Origin: Patescibacteria group bacterium
Lineage (GTDB): Bacteria > Patescibacteriota > Minisyncoccia > 2-02-FULL-40-12 > IGHO2-01-FULL-4-A
DNA: 64,000 bases
Reading direction: 5' to 3'
Assembly (NCBI GenBank): GCA_038064915.1
Contig: JBBTSB010000005.1
Span: 10,615 to 74,614, forward strand
The notes beneath the pieces were generated by a model. That model made no database searches. It saw only the letters and a program-made list of their open reading frames with translations, and was not told where the DNA came from. Below, piece after piece: positions 45,569-55,923 of the stretch; positions within the stretch are counted from its first letter, which is position 1; each line of letters begins with the position of its first letter. A program made the position numbers and the translations under genes.

Positions 45569-46842
45569 ATCACGGCAAATTTGTTTATCCCAATGGCCTG
45601 CGTCTTCTCACGATTCCCATGCAAAGCACCGAGACGGTGACCGTTCTTGTGTTAGTTGGCACCGGCTCCCGCTATGAGACGCGTGAGATCAATGGTATCT
45701 CTCATTTCCTCGAACACTTGATGTTTAAAGGTACAACCAAACGGCCGGGGGCTTTGGACATTTCTGAAGAACTCGATGCAATCGGTGCGGAGTACAATGC
45801 ATTTACGTCCAAAGAATACACCGGCTACTATGTAAAGTGCGCCGCGGCAAAACTCGATATTGCACTTGATGTGATTTCGGATATTTTTCAAAACTCAAAA
45901 TTTGATGCCGGAGAAATCGACCGTGAGCGTGGACCGGTGAAAGAAGAAATTAACATGTACTTTGATACACCGGCGCGCTATGTGGGGACGCTCTATGAAC
46001 TGCTCATGTATGGTGACCAGCCGTTGGGATGGGATATCGCGGGACCAAAGGAAAACATCGACAAGTTGCAACGGGATCAGTTTGTCGAGTATTTCAATAC
46101 CCACTATTTTGCACAAAATACAGTCATAGCCGTTGCTGGAAACATCGAGAGTGAAGCGGCAAAGACAAAAATACAAAAGTACTTCAACAACATTCGGGAA
46201 CATGAACACATCAAACCTGCCACTGCGCCTATGGAACAGGATTCACCGCGGCTTACAGTATTTCATAAAACGACCGAACAAACTCATATTGAGCTGGGAT
46301 TCCGAGCGTGGAGTCGTTTTGATCCTCGCTACGAAACCCTCGAGGTTATTGCTACGATTCTTGGCGGCGGTATGAGTTCACGCATGTTTGTGGAAGTTCG
46401 TGAGCGGCGCGGGCTGGCCTATCGGGTGAGTACCGGGGTGGACGTCTACCATGAGACAGGGGACCTCACGACGAGTGCGGGGTTGACCAACAGCAAACTG
46501 CACGAGGCACTCAACGTCATTCTAGAGCAGTATCACCGTCTCGTTCGCGATCCTGTTCCTGCAAAGGAACTCTTGAAAGCGAAGGATTATCTCAAAGGCA
46601 AGTTTCTCATAGGCCTGGAGCCATCTGATGCGCAGGCGGGCTTTTACGGAGAACAGGAGCTTTTGGAAAATCGTATTCTCACGCCCGAAGAACGCTTAGC
46701 AAAAATCGACGAAGTAACTTCCGAACACATCCAAAAGGTTGCCACGGAACTCTTTCGTCCAGATCGTCTCAACTTTGCACTCGTAGGTCCCCAAAAAGGG
46801 GAAGATGAGTTGAAAAAAATCCTCCATGACTTTGGAAATTGA
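45565..46842 (+). CDS. M16 family (insulinase-like) zinc peptidase
   Basis: HFLEHLMFKGT inverted zinc motif HxxEH. Confidence 0.85.
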   Translation: MNHGKFVYPNGLRLLTIPMQSTETVTVLVLVGTGSRYETREINGISHFLEHLMFKGTTKRPGALDISEELDAIGAEYNAFTSKEYTGYYVKCAAAKLDIALDVISDIFQNSKFDAGEIDRERGPVKEEINMYFDTPARYVGTLYELLMYGDQPLGWDIAGPKENIDKLQRDQFVEYFNTHYFAQNTVIAVAGNIESEAAKTKIQKYFNNIREHEHIKPATAPMEQDSPRLTVFHKTTEQTHIELGFRAWSRFDPRYETLEVIATILGGGMSSRMFVEVRERRGLAYRVSTGVDVYHETGDLTTSAGLTNSKLHEALNVILEQYHRLVRDPVPAKELLKAKDYLKGKFLIGLEPSDAQAGFYGEQELLENRILTPEERLAKIDEVTSEHIQKVATELFRPDRLNFALVGPQKGEDELKKILHDFGN

Positions 46843-47836
46843 AGCAAAAACGGTCATAAAAATCATACTTGTTATCCTGGCATTTCTTTTTCTCTATCTG
46901 TTACGGGATGTTTTGATGGTACTTTTGTTTTCTATCATCATTGCGTCCGCGGTGAGTCCCTTTGCGTCATGGCTTGAGTCTAAGCGGGTTCCACGCATGG
47001 TGGGCGTCATGCTTTTTTATGTACTGTTTTTTGGTCTCTTGGTCGCTTTTCTCTCCTTGGCCATTCCTATTGTAGCGTCAGAATTGAACCAGCTAACACA
47101 AACCCTGCCAAAACTATTTGAACAAGTTCAGCAAGCAGGCTCTTCCCGATATGTGGATTTTGTGACAGAAATCCAAAACTTTCTTGAGTCTTCATCGCAG
47201 TTTCTTCAGACAACCTCTAGCTCGATATTTAGTTTGCTCATCGATATTTTTGGAGGACTGATTTCATTCATTTCCATCATCGTGATTTCCTTTTACTTTT
47301 CCGTCATGAAGCAGGGAGTGGCGACATTTTTCAAATCCATCCTACCGGCAACGCACGAGGGATATGCCATTGGCTTGTGGAAACGTGCCGAGGCAAAGGT
47401 GGGGAAGTGGCTCCAGGGTCAATTGCTCCTGGCGCTCATCGTGGGGTTTGTCGTCTTTGTCGGACTTTCGCTCTTGAACGTCAAATACGCGTTGCTCTTG
47501 GGTATCATTGCGATGATTTTTGAACTCATTCCCTATGTGGGGCCCGTGATGGCCGCTGTACCGGCACTTATCCTGGCCTTTTTGCAATCGCCAACTCTTG
47601 GATTTTGGGTTTTGATTTTTTACGTTGCGGTTCAACAACTGGAAAATCAGTTGTTGACACCATTGATTTTGGGCAAGACGACGGGACTCCATCCGGTTAC
47701 CGTGGTGGTGGCGCTCTTGATCGGCGCGAAGCTCGCTGGTATTCTGGGAGTGCTGTTGGCGGTACCGGTGGCGGTGATTCTCGTAGAAGTGTTTGAGGAC
47801 CTTGCCGCACAGCGCCATAAGGCAATGCCGATGTAG
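46826..47836 (+). CDS. AI-2E family transporter (UPF0118/PerM-like)
   Basis: ~8 TM helices with the conserved ...ELIPYVGP... motif. Confidence 0.75.
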   Translation: MTLEIEAKTVIKIILVILAFLFLYLLRDVLMVLLFSIIIASAVSPFASWLESKRVPRMVGVMLFYVLFFGLLVAFLSLAIPIVASELNQLTQTLPKLFEQVQQAGSSRYVDFVTEIQNFLESSSQFLQTTSSSIFSLLIDIFGGLISFISIIVISFYFSVMKQGVATFFKSILPATHEGYAIGLWKRAEAKVGKWLQGQLLLALIVGFVVFVGLSLLNVKYALLLGIIAMIFELIPYVGPVMAAVPALILAFLQSPTLGFWVLIFYVAVQQLENQLLTPLILGKTTGLHPVTVVVALLIGAKLAGILGVLLAVPVAVILVEVFEDLAAQRHKAMPM

Positions 47837-47902
47837 CTCAGCTGGTAGAGCAATTCTTTCGTAAAGAATAGGTCGTCGGTTCGAATCCGACCATCGGCTC
47901 CA
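47827..47902 (+). tRNA. tRNA-Thr(CGU)
   Basis: GCCGATG acceptor, D-arm GCTC-AGCTGGTA-GAGC, anticodon arm ATTCT-TTCGTAA-AGAAT, T-arm GTCGG-TTCGAAT-CCGAC, encoded CCA; overlaps the stop of the upstream CDS. Confidence 0.85.
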
Positions 47903-47937
47903 CTTTCATTTTTCACTCAATTTGATAAAATAAGATC

Positions 47938-48940
47938 ATGCCCTCTCCGCGCGAAATGCTCGAAGAAATGCAGTCGAAACTCCCGGCAATCCGGGAGCGG
48001 CTTTGACCTGGACGGCTCTCGTGCCCGTATAGCCGATCTTGAGCTTGAGATGCAAAGTCCAGACTTTTGGACGGATCATCAAAAAGCGAGTCAGATAGCC
48101 AAAGAACTTGAGAGTCTGAAGCGAGAAGTGACATTCTGGGAAGGTTTTGAGGAGCGGCTCGCATCAGGATCGGATATTCCGGCGCTCAAAAAAGAATTTG
48201 ATACGCAGTACGTAAAGATTTTTCTTTCGGGCAAGTATGATCACAACCACGCACTTCTCTCTATCCATAGCGGTGCCGGGGGAGAGGATGCTGCAGATTG
48301 GGCGCGCATGCTCTTTGATATGTATCGTAAATACTGTGAACGTGAGGGATTCGGATTTTTGATCCTAGATGACTTGACCGCAGAAGTGAGCGGCCACTAT
48401 GCCTTCGGGTACCTCAAGGGGGAGTCGGGTGTACACCGACTTGTGCGCGTTTCACCTTACGATGCCAATAAGCGCCGACATACGTCGTTTGCGCTGGTTG
48501 AGGTGCTCCCGGAAATTGAAAATCTGAAATTGGAAATTCGCAGTGAAGATCTGCGCGTAGATACGTTCCGTTCATCGGGGCCAGGCGGACAAAATGTCAA
48601 TAAACTCGAGACAGCCGTTCGTGTTACCCATATTCCCACCAATACGGTGGTTGCGGTACAGTCAGAGCGATCCCAGGCGCAGAATAAGGAAAAAGCGATG
48701 CATGTGTTACAATCAAAACTAGCAAAGCTTTTGGAGGAACACCAGGCAAAGGAACTTTCTGAATTACGTGGTAAAATAAAAGATCAGGCTATCGAGTGGG
48801 GGAATCAGATTAGATCATATGTGTTAAATCCCTATAAACAAGTAAAGGACCACCGGACGGGAGTCGAATCAACCCAACCCGACAAGGTTTTAGAAGGTGG
48901 ACTCGACGATTTTATCCAAGCAGAAATAACCCATGATTGA
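47938..48940 (+). CDS. prfB: Peptide chain release factor 2 (needs a programmed +1 frameshift at 48001-48007)
   Basis: Frame 0 reads MPSPREMLEEMQSKLPAIRERL-stop; the +1 frame continues DLDGSRARIADLELEMQSPDFW... to the SPF/GGQ domains (GGQNVNK). Confidence 0.9.
47995..48007 (+). promoter_or_regulatory. RF2 autoregulatory +1 frameshift site: GGGAGC (SD-like) cgg CTT TGA C
   Basis: Classic CUU-UGA-C slippery/stop context with an upstream SD-like GGGAG. Confidence 0.85.
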
Positions 48941-49616
48941 ATTTAAGGGAGTACAAAAAATTTACGAGCCTAACGATGTCGTTTTGGACAACATTGATCT
49001 TACGATCAAGAAAGGAGAATTCGTGTCCCTGGTCGGGCTTTCCGGTGCCGGTAAGTCCACGCTCATGCGCATCCTCACCAAAGAGCTGAAGCCAACCGCC
49101 GGCAATGTAAGCGTAGACGGAACAGATTTGAATGATATCGCTGACAAGGAAGTTCCATATTTTCGCCGAAAGTTCGGGACGATCTACCAGGATTTCAAAC
49201 TCTTGAACAATAAAACGGCTCATGAAAATGTTGCATTCGCAATGGAAGTTTCTGATGCAACGCCGGAGGATATCGCCCGTGATGTGCCACAGATTCTTTC
49301 TATCGTTGGTTTAGCTGACAAGGCACAGAATTTTCCTAACCAGCTCTCCGGGGGAGAACAGCAAAGACTTGCCATTGCGCGCGCCATGATCCATCGGCCG
49401 AAGATTTTACTTGCCGATGAACCTACGGGAAATCTGGATTTGGTGAATAGCTATGATGTGGTAAAATTATTGCTAAAGATCAATGAGTTTGGCACTACGG
49501 TGGTGCTTGCGACCCATGATACCCATATTGTGAATACCATTGGTAGGCGTGTCGTGACAATGGATAAAGGTAAAATCGTACGCGACCAGCTTGAGGCCGG
49601 CCGTTACATCATATGA
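48933..49616 (+). CDS. ftsE: Cell division ATP-binding protein FtsE
   Basis: Walker [13 protein letters not shown] signature LSGGEQQR, Walker [12 protein letters not shown]. Confidence 0.9.
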   Translation: MIEFKGVQKIYEPNDVVLDNIDLTIKKGEFVSLVGLSGAGKSTLMRILTKELKPTAGNVSVDGTDLNDIADKEVPYFRRKFGTIYQDFKLLNNKTAHENVAFAMEVSDATPEDIARDVPQILSIVGLADKAQNFPNQLSGGEQQRLAIARAMIHRPKILLADEPTGNLDLVNSYDVVKLLLKINEFGTTVVLATHDTHIVNTIGRRVVTMDKGKIVRDQLEAGRYII

Positions 49617-50521
49617 AACACAATCTCCTTCGCATTTTCAAAACGGGGTGGACAAATTTTACCCGCAATAGTTATATGAGCTTTGCGGTAACTGGTGTTA
49701 TGGCTCTCGCTTTGCTTCTTTTCCTTGGATTACTGACATTTCAGGTTCTTACCGGACGCGTGGTCAGCTCGATACAGGAGAAGGTTGATATTAGCGCCTA
49801 TTTTAAAACAACAACATCCGAAGAACAAATTATTTCCGTAAAAGCTGATCTTGAAAAGCTTCCCGAGGTTGCCGCAGTAACCTATGTTTCCTCAGAACAA
49901 GCTCGAGAAGATTTTAAAAAACGGCACGAGGATGATACCCTCATACAGGAATCGCTCGACCAACTGGATACCAATCCTTTTGGAGCGACACTCAACATTC
50001 GTGCGCGAGATCCAGAGAATTATTCTGCAGTGGCGACATTTTTAGAGAATAGCCGCTATCGAGACCAGATGAGCGAAATCAATTACAATGAAAACAAAGC
50101 GGTAATCGACAAGATCAATAGCTTTGCCAGAAGTCTTCGAGCTTGGGGACTCATTGTGACCTTTATGCTGGTGATTATCGCCACACTTATAACGTTCAAT
50201 ACTATTCGCCTAACTATCTACAATCAAAAGCAAGAGATCGAAATCATGCGCCTTGTTGGGGCTTCCAACTGGCATATTCAGGGTCCGTACCTTGCCGAAG
50301 GGGGGATCTATGGGGCCATCGCGGCACTTGTGGCGCTTTTCATTTTCTATCCTATTCTCTATCTCGCATCGCATCGGCTTCTCATTTTTGTGCCTGACGT
50401 AAACCTATTTCGATACTTTCTCATCAACAGTTGGCAGATTGTTCTCCTTGCATTGATTGTTGGCGTGCTTCTTGGTATGGTTTCGAGTATCGTTGCAATC
50501 CGACGACATTTGAAGATCTAA
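49613..50521 (+). CDS. ftsX: Cell division permease-like protein FtsX
   Basis: N-terminal TM, periplasmic domain, three C-terminal TM helices; translationally coupled to ftsE. Confidence 0.85.
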   Translation: MKHNLLRIFKTGWTNFTRNSYMSFAVTGVMALALLLFLGLLTFQVLTGRVVSSIQEKVDISAYFKTTTSEEQIISVKADLEKLPEVAAVTYVSSEQAREDFKKRHEDDTLIQESLDQLDTNPFGATLNIRARDPENYSAVATFLENSRYRDQMSEINYNENKAVIDKINSFARSLRAWGLIVTFMLVIIATLITFNTIRLTIYNQKQEIEIMRLVGASNWHIQGPYLAEGGIYGAIAALVALFIFYPILYLASHRLLIFVPDVNLFRYFLINSWQIVLLALIVGVLLGMVSSIVAIRRHLKI

Positions 50522-50524
50522 CCA

Positions 50525-51976
50525 ATGTACGCATTCCTCTCGGTCTACAGCAAAACAGGTATTGAAGACTTTGCGCGCGAGTTGCGCAAGCTTGGCTACC
50601 ATATTATTGCTTCCGGCGGTACGGCCAAGCATCTCAAGGCAGCTGCAGTGCCGGTCACCGACCTTGCCAAGCTCATTGGAGCGGGGGAGATGCTCCATCA
50701 CAAAGTAGTGACTCTTGATCGCAAGTTTCATGCGATGCTTTTGGCGGATGAGAGCCCAGAGGAGACTATGGAACTCAATAAGCTCGGGGTACCTCGAATA
50801 GACTTGCTCTGCTGTGATTTTTATCCGCAAGTGAAAATTGGTCAAACCGATATTGGTGGACCTACTATGATACGTGCTGCTACCAAAGGCAAGCGAATCG
50901 TGATCTGTGACGTTGCGGATCGAGATCGGGTGATCTCTGCTCTCAATAAGGACAAGATCGAAGGGCTCAAGAAACAACTTTGGGCGAAAGCAGAGCTTAG
51001 TGTTGCCGAGTATGTGCGCGAGTCTGCACAAAAGTACTTGCCGCATCTTCCTGTGAAATATGGTGAAAATCGCTGGCAAAAAAATTCATCACTTCTTATA
51101 ACGGCTAATGAAGATCCATTTTCTCCGGAGAAGTTTACTCTCAAAGAGGGGAGTGATAGGAGCTATATCAATTTCACGGACATTGATCGATTGCTTCAAT
51201 CAGCGACGCACATCGCGGCAGGATTCAAAAAGAATTTCAAAAACATTCCAAAGCTTGCCATCGGTGCTAAACATGGGAACTTATGTGGCGCTGGTATCGG
51301 AGGGGATGCTTTAAAAAAAATGCTATCTGGAGATCCTCAAGCAATCTCTGGTGGTTGGGTCCTTGTCAATTTCGCTATAGGACAAAAAGAAGCGAAGCTT
51401 CTCAAGGAAGGAAGAATTCTTGATGGTGTGATTGCTCCGGCAATTACCGATGATGCTATAGAAATACTTGCAAGAAAAAGTGGTAAGTGCAGGATCGTAG
51501 TAAATAAGAAACTGCGTACGCACCTACACATGCTTGATGAGCATCTTCGCTTCCGCTACATTCGCGGTGGGGTTCTCACACAATCAAACTACACGTTTGT
51601 GCCAGTATTAAAAAATAAAGATTTGCTTCTTGCCTGGGCCGTAGGCAGTACTAGTAACAGCAATACGGTTACACTCGTAAGAGATGGAACACTCATTGCA
51701 AATGCAACCGGCCAGCAATCTCGCGTGCTAGCCTGTCGCCTCGCATTGATGATCGCAAAAAATTCTGGACACGAAATCAATGGGTCTGCAGCTTACAGTG
51801 ATAGCTTCTTTCCATTTCTGGATGGTCCAAAGCTGCTTGTGGATAACGGTGTCAAGTCATTATTTGTCACATCGGGGTCCATTCGCGACAAAGAAGTTTT
51901 CGACTATCTAAAGTCATCTGAAATAAAAGTATTCTCACCATCAGATGAAGAAGCTCGAGGCTTTTACGCTCATTAG
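50525..51976 (+). CDS. PurH-like protein (MGS-like/AICARFT-IMPCHase family)
   Basis: N-terminal MGS-like domain: LSVYSKTGIEDFARELRKLGYHIIASGGTAKHL......VTDL......EML...V.TL..K.H. Confidence 0.55.
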   Translation: MYAFLSVYSKTGIEDFARELRKLGYHIIASGGTAKHLKAAAVPVTDLAKLIGAGEMLHHKVVTLDRKFHAMLLADESPEETMELNKLGVPRIDLLCCDFYPQVKIGQTDIGGPTMIRAATKGKRIVICDVADRDRVISALNKDKIEGLKKQLWAKAELSVAEYVRESAQKYLPHLPVKYGENRWQKNSSLLITANEDPFSPEKFTLKEGSDRSYINFTDIDRLLQSATHIAAGFKKNFKNIPKLAIGAKHGNLCGAGIGGDALKKMLSGDPQAISGGWVLVNFAIGQKEAKLLKEGRILDGVIAPAITDDAIEILARKSGKCRIVVNKKLRTHLHMLDEHLRFRYIRGGVLTQSNYTFVPVLKNKDLLLAWAVGSTSNSNTVTLVRDGTLIANATGQQSRVLACRLALMIAKNSGHEINGSAAYSDSFFPFLDGPKLLVDNGVKSLFVTSGSIRDKEVFDYLKSSEIKVFSPSDEEARGFYAH

Positions 51977-52113
51977 CTATATAAACCTTACTACTAGCAT
52001 TGTATGCTCTAGTAATGTTATTATAGCAATATCATTGTCGTGGCAATATGGACATTTTCGTTCTGTATTGATCACCAAAATATCTTCTTTTCGCTGTCGC
52101 TCTTCTATGGATG

Positions 52114-52827
52114 CTAAATAATAGATGAAATTCCTCTCATCCATCCGGCAATTTGACGAGCTAAAAGTGAGCTCGCTCGTACTCTGATCCGAAGCAGTCC
52201 AAATGGTGAAGATGGTGAAGACTGCCTCTTTTGTTTATAGCGGTGGGACGTTTGTTTAAAAAAATAAATTCTATTTAAATCTGATGCTGGCGATTTTGTA
52301 ATACGACTCCAGTGGAGAAGAATATTATGTTTGTTGTTCCGATGTTCCTCCTTCAAAAAAATATCAAATAGTATGTCATCCTTGGATAGTTTTCCAATCT
52401 CGAGGAGCCATCGAAGAAATAATTTGATTTGAAAATCATCAGAGCTGGTGAATGACACTCCTTTGCGTAGATCTGACTCTCTCTCGCGTCGCAGTCGTTC
52501 GCGTCCGTAGAGAATTATTCCCATCAGCCAGAGTTCTCTAGTTGAAATTTGTTTAATGTCATGAACAGATGACTCGCGAATTTCTCGAATCGACTTTATT
52601 GTGTTCTCAATTTTTTTCCATGCACCTGCGCGTGCGCCCTCGCGTCGTCGTCGAGCGACTCTTTCCTGTTGCGGGGGAGTGAGTTGGAAACTTTTTAGCC
52701 AGTTACCGAGGGTGGATTTGGGTACGGAGAGGCGTTCTTGGATTTCGGCGTATGAATACCCCTGCCGACGGAGGCTCTTGGCAAGCTCTTTTGTTTTTTC
52801 GGGAGTGGTGAAAATGGTCATAGACAA
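52114..52827 (-). CDS. Hypothetical HTH-domain protein (237 aa), Arg/Lys-rich
   Basis: N-terminal HTH GYSYAEIQERLSVPKSTLGNWLK; flanked by AT-rich non-coding DNA on both sides. Confidence 0.5.
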   Translation of the reverse strand: MSMTIFTTPEKTKELAKSLRRQGYSYAEIQERLSVPKSTLGNWLKSFQLTPPQQERVARRRREGARAGAWKKIENTIKSIREIRESSVHDIKQISTRELWLMGIILYGRERLRRERESDLRKGVSFTSSDDFQIKLFLRWLLEIGKLSKDDILFDIFLKEEHRNNKHNILLHWSRITKSPASDLNRIYFFKQTSHRYKQKRQSSPSSPFGLLRIRVRASSLLARQIAGWMRGISSII

Positions 52828-52937
52828 GCCAACTATATTAGTACGAATATGCTAACATCGGCCCGTATTTGTGTCTAGATATAATTATCAACATTCCGTG
52901 GTGGATTAATTTGATTGGTGGTGATATAGTAGTATTT

Positions 52938-54398
52938 ATGCGTATATTATTTGTGGCCTCGGAAGCTGCTCCATATGTAAAAGTCGGTGGTCTCGGTGAA
53001 GTTATGTTCTCGTTGCCGCGGGCTCTTAATGCGTTGGGGCATGACGCACGGGTGATAATTCCTCGATATGCAACTATCAACCACGAGCAGTATCCGGTTA
53101 CGACGGTAATCGAAGGACTCGCGGTACCGATGGGATTGAAGGAGCCTATTATGTGCAATGTTAAGGTGCATGAGAAGACGTTTTTCCTGGAAAATCTAGA
53201 ATACTACGAGAAGCGGGCAAACGTGTATGGATATGATGATGACGCAGCGCGATGGGCCGTTTTGTGTCGGGGCGTTCTTGAGTTTGTTCGGCAATATGTT
53301 GACTGGCGTCCTGATGTCATCGTAGCTGCGGACTGGCAGGGTGGGCTCATTCCCAACTACATGCATGGGGAGTACAAGCAGGACCCGGTGTTGTCAAAAA
53401 TACCTGTGGTGTTTTCCATTCACAATCTCTATTACCAAGGAATGTTTGATCACAACTTTGTGACCGAGATGGACTACGATGACGGTCAGTCCGAAATTCC
53501 CGCTCTCACTGATCAGCGCATGCTAAAGATCAATTTTATGAGGCGCGGTATCCGCTATGCTGATGTGATCAATACGGTTTCTCCAACCTATGCAAAGGAG
53601 ATTACTGCTCCGGAGTATGGCGAGAAACTTGATCCGCTCCTTGCAGAGCGAAGATCGCGACTTTTTGGCATACTCAATGGGATCGACTATGCTAGCAATA
53701 ATCCCGAAACCGACTCACGTCTTGAGTATCGCTTTTCACAACGCAAGCTCACGGAACGCAAGAAAAATAAGGCAGTTTTGCGACAAAAGTTCAACTTGCC
53801 CGAACCTGCGGGCGAGGATATCCCGATCATCGGCATCGTTTCGCGCTTGAGCACACAAAAAGGACTCGATTTAGTCATGGAAGTACTTGAACCGCTTTTG
53901 GAGAATGCGCGCTTTCAGTTTGTTGTCGTGGGGACGGGGGAGGGGAGATTTTTGCAGTACTTTCAGGATATGGATAAAAAATATGATCGTGTCGCCGCTC
54001 ATCTTTCCTATGATGCTATGTTGCCTCCGATCGTCTATGCAGGTGCCGATGCGATATTGGTTCCTTCTCGATATGAGCCATGTGGACTGACCCAGATGGA
54101 AGCGATGCGCTATGGTGCTGTTCCCATCGTCCGAAAGACGGGTGGGTTGGCGGATAGTGTAGAAGACTACAATCCGCGCAACCAGACCGGGACGGGATTT
54201 GTTTTTGAACCGTACAGCTCTTTCGCGTTGTTTGGTGCTGTCATTCGTGCGCTCGAGGCCTACCACAATGAAAAAGTCTGGGAAGGACTCCAAAAGCGTG
54301 CTATGCAAATGGATTTTTCTTGGGACACGTCAGCAAAAGAATACGAGAAGCTTTTTGAACGGGCCGTAGATTTACACACTCGCAATGCGCTGGGCTAA
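52938..54398 (+). CDS. glgA: Glycogen/starch synthase (GT5, GlgA-like)
   Basis: MRILFVASEAAPYVKVGGLGEV K-x-GGL motif and C-terminal E...GLTQ..AMRYG. Confidence 0.88.
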   Translation: MRILFVASEAAPYVKVGGLGEVMFSLPRALNALGHDARVIIPRYATINHEQYPVTTVIEGLAVPMGLKEPIMCNVKVHEKTFFLENLEYYEKRANVYGYDDDAARWAVLCRGVLEFVRQYVDWRPDVIVAADWQGGLIPNYMHGEYKQDPVLSKIPVVFSIHNLYYQGMFDHNFVTEMDYDDGQSEIPALTDQRMLKINFMRRGIRYADVINTVSPTYAKEITAPEYGEKLDPLLAERRSRLFGILNGIDYASNNPETDSRLEYRFSQRKLTERKKNKAVLRQKFNLPEPAGEDIPIIGIVSRLSTQKGLDLVMEVLEPLLENARFQFVVVGTGEGRFLQYFQDMDKKYDRVAAHLSYDAMLPPIVYAGADAILVPSRYEPCGLTQMEAMRYGAVPIVRKTGGLADSVEDYNPRNQTGTGFVFEPYSSFALFGAVIRALEAYHNEKVWEGLQKRAMQMDFSWDTSAKEYEKLFERAVDLHTRNALG

Positions 54399-55878
54399 TT
54401 TTTTACACTTCTATCAGCCGGCGGGACAACAAGACGATATTTTGGAAGCTATCGTCGATCAATCGTATCGGCCGCTCTTTGAAGGGTTTGCTGCGCGCCC
54501 GCGACTGCGCCTCACCATCAACATCAATGGTTCTCTCATGGAACTGTTTGATACAACAAAATATCGCGGGCTGATTGACATCTTACGAACGATGGGCAAA
54601 GAGGGGAGACTAGAGTTTACCTCTACGGCAAAATTCCACGCAGTATTGCCATTTATCAATGAACAGGAAATCCTTCGCCAGGTTACGCTCAACGACGAGA
54701 CGAATCGTTTCTATCTTGGCGAGGCATACCAACCGCGGGGGTTTTTTGCGCCGGAGATGGCGTACAAGCCGGAGCTTACGTCCATTATCGAAAACATGGG
54801 ATTTCAGTGGCTGATTCTGGATGAAATTGCCGGCACCGGTGGCACAGGTCTCATTGACTATACCAAAACCCATCAGATCAAGGGATCAAGCCTCCGTGTA
54901 TTTTTCCGCGAGCGTCGCTTGAGCAACCTCATCATGAGCGCGGTGGTGCGTTCACCGGAGACGCTTAAAGATGCGATGAAAGATGATCTTGCCAGCGGCC
55001 GCTACATGGTGACAGCGATGGATGGGGAGACGTTTGGCCACCACCGGCCGGGGTTGCATCGGCTCTTGCTGGGAATTTACGACACGCCGGATTTTGAACT
55101 GATTCAGGTTTCCGAGATTGAGAAATATTTTCCGGAGATCAAAGAGATCCAACTCATCGCCTCCACCTGGGCGTCAAGCAAGGAAGATATCGAGCGTGGC
55201 GCGCAGTTTTTGTCCTGGTCTGATCCGGAGAATGTATTGCATCACCTGCAGTGGGACTTTACCAAGCTCGTGCTCGATGAAGTGTACCGGCTTGCTCCGA
55301 GCCATCCCGCATATCCCATAGTGCGAAATAAAATGGATATGGCGCTTGCCAGTGACCATTTTTGGTGGGCATCGGCAAAGCCATGGTGGAGTCTCGAAAT
55401 GATCGAGATCGGCGCATTCCGCTTGCTTGATACGATCCGTCAAATTCCCGATGTCGCCGTCGAACGCCTCGAGCGGGCAAGCAACTACTACATGGAAATT
55501 GTTATCACAGCATTTGCCTGGCAGCGTTCCGGGAAAATTCGCTCTATGATGAAGGAACAGCAGTCGATGCTCCGCATTCCGTTTAAAGACCGGACCATTG
55601 GTCGTGGAGGAGCGGAAGAGGGCGTGTACCATGCCTTTATCGATATGATGAAAGATCTGGAGCAAAAAGCGGCGCAGACCGGAGAATATGAAAAGGCGAT
55701 TCTCTGGCGCGACGCGCTGTTTAAGCTCGAAAACAAACTCGACATCTACGATACTATCAATGCCATTGATCTTTTGCGCGTGGAAATTCCGCACAAGGAC
55801 GTTGAGGCAACGATCGAAAAGTACAAAGCAAAATATCACGCCATCCGCGGTGGCCAACCCGAACAGCGGGGAAGCTAA
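54385..55878 (+). CDS. Glycoside hydrolase family 57 protein (alpha-glucan processing)
   Basis: N-terminal ...NFLHFYQP... and the catalytic region E..FGHH are typical of GH57. Confidence 0.65.
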   Translation: MRWANFLHFYQPAGQQDDILEAIVDQSYRPLFEGFAARPRLRLTININGSLMELFDTTKYRGLIDILRTMGKEGRLEFTSTAKFHAVLPFINEQEILRQVTLNDETNRFYLGEAYQPRGFFAPEMAYKPELTSIIENMGFQWLILDEIAGTGGTGLIDYTKTHQIKGSSLRVFFRERRLSNLIMSAVVRSPETLKDAMKDDLASGRYMVTAMDGETFGHHRPGLHRLLLGIYDTPDFELIQVSEIEKYFPEIKEIQLIASTWASSKEDIERGAQFLSWSDPENVLHHLQWDFTKLVLDEVYRLAPSHPAYPIVRNKMDMALASDHFWWASAKPWWSLEMIEIGAFRLLDTIRQIPDVAVERLERASNYYMEIVITAFAWQRSGKIRSMMKEQQSMLRIPFKDRTIGRGGAEEGVYHAFIDMMKDLEQKAAQTGEYEKAILWRDALFKLENKLDIYDTINAIDLLRVEIPHKDVEATIEKYKAKYHAIRGGQPEQRGS

Positions 55879-55923
55879 GAAACCGTATTGCTGAAGAGGG
55901 TGATAGGGAGTGGGAGTAGTGGT

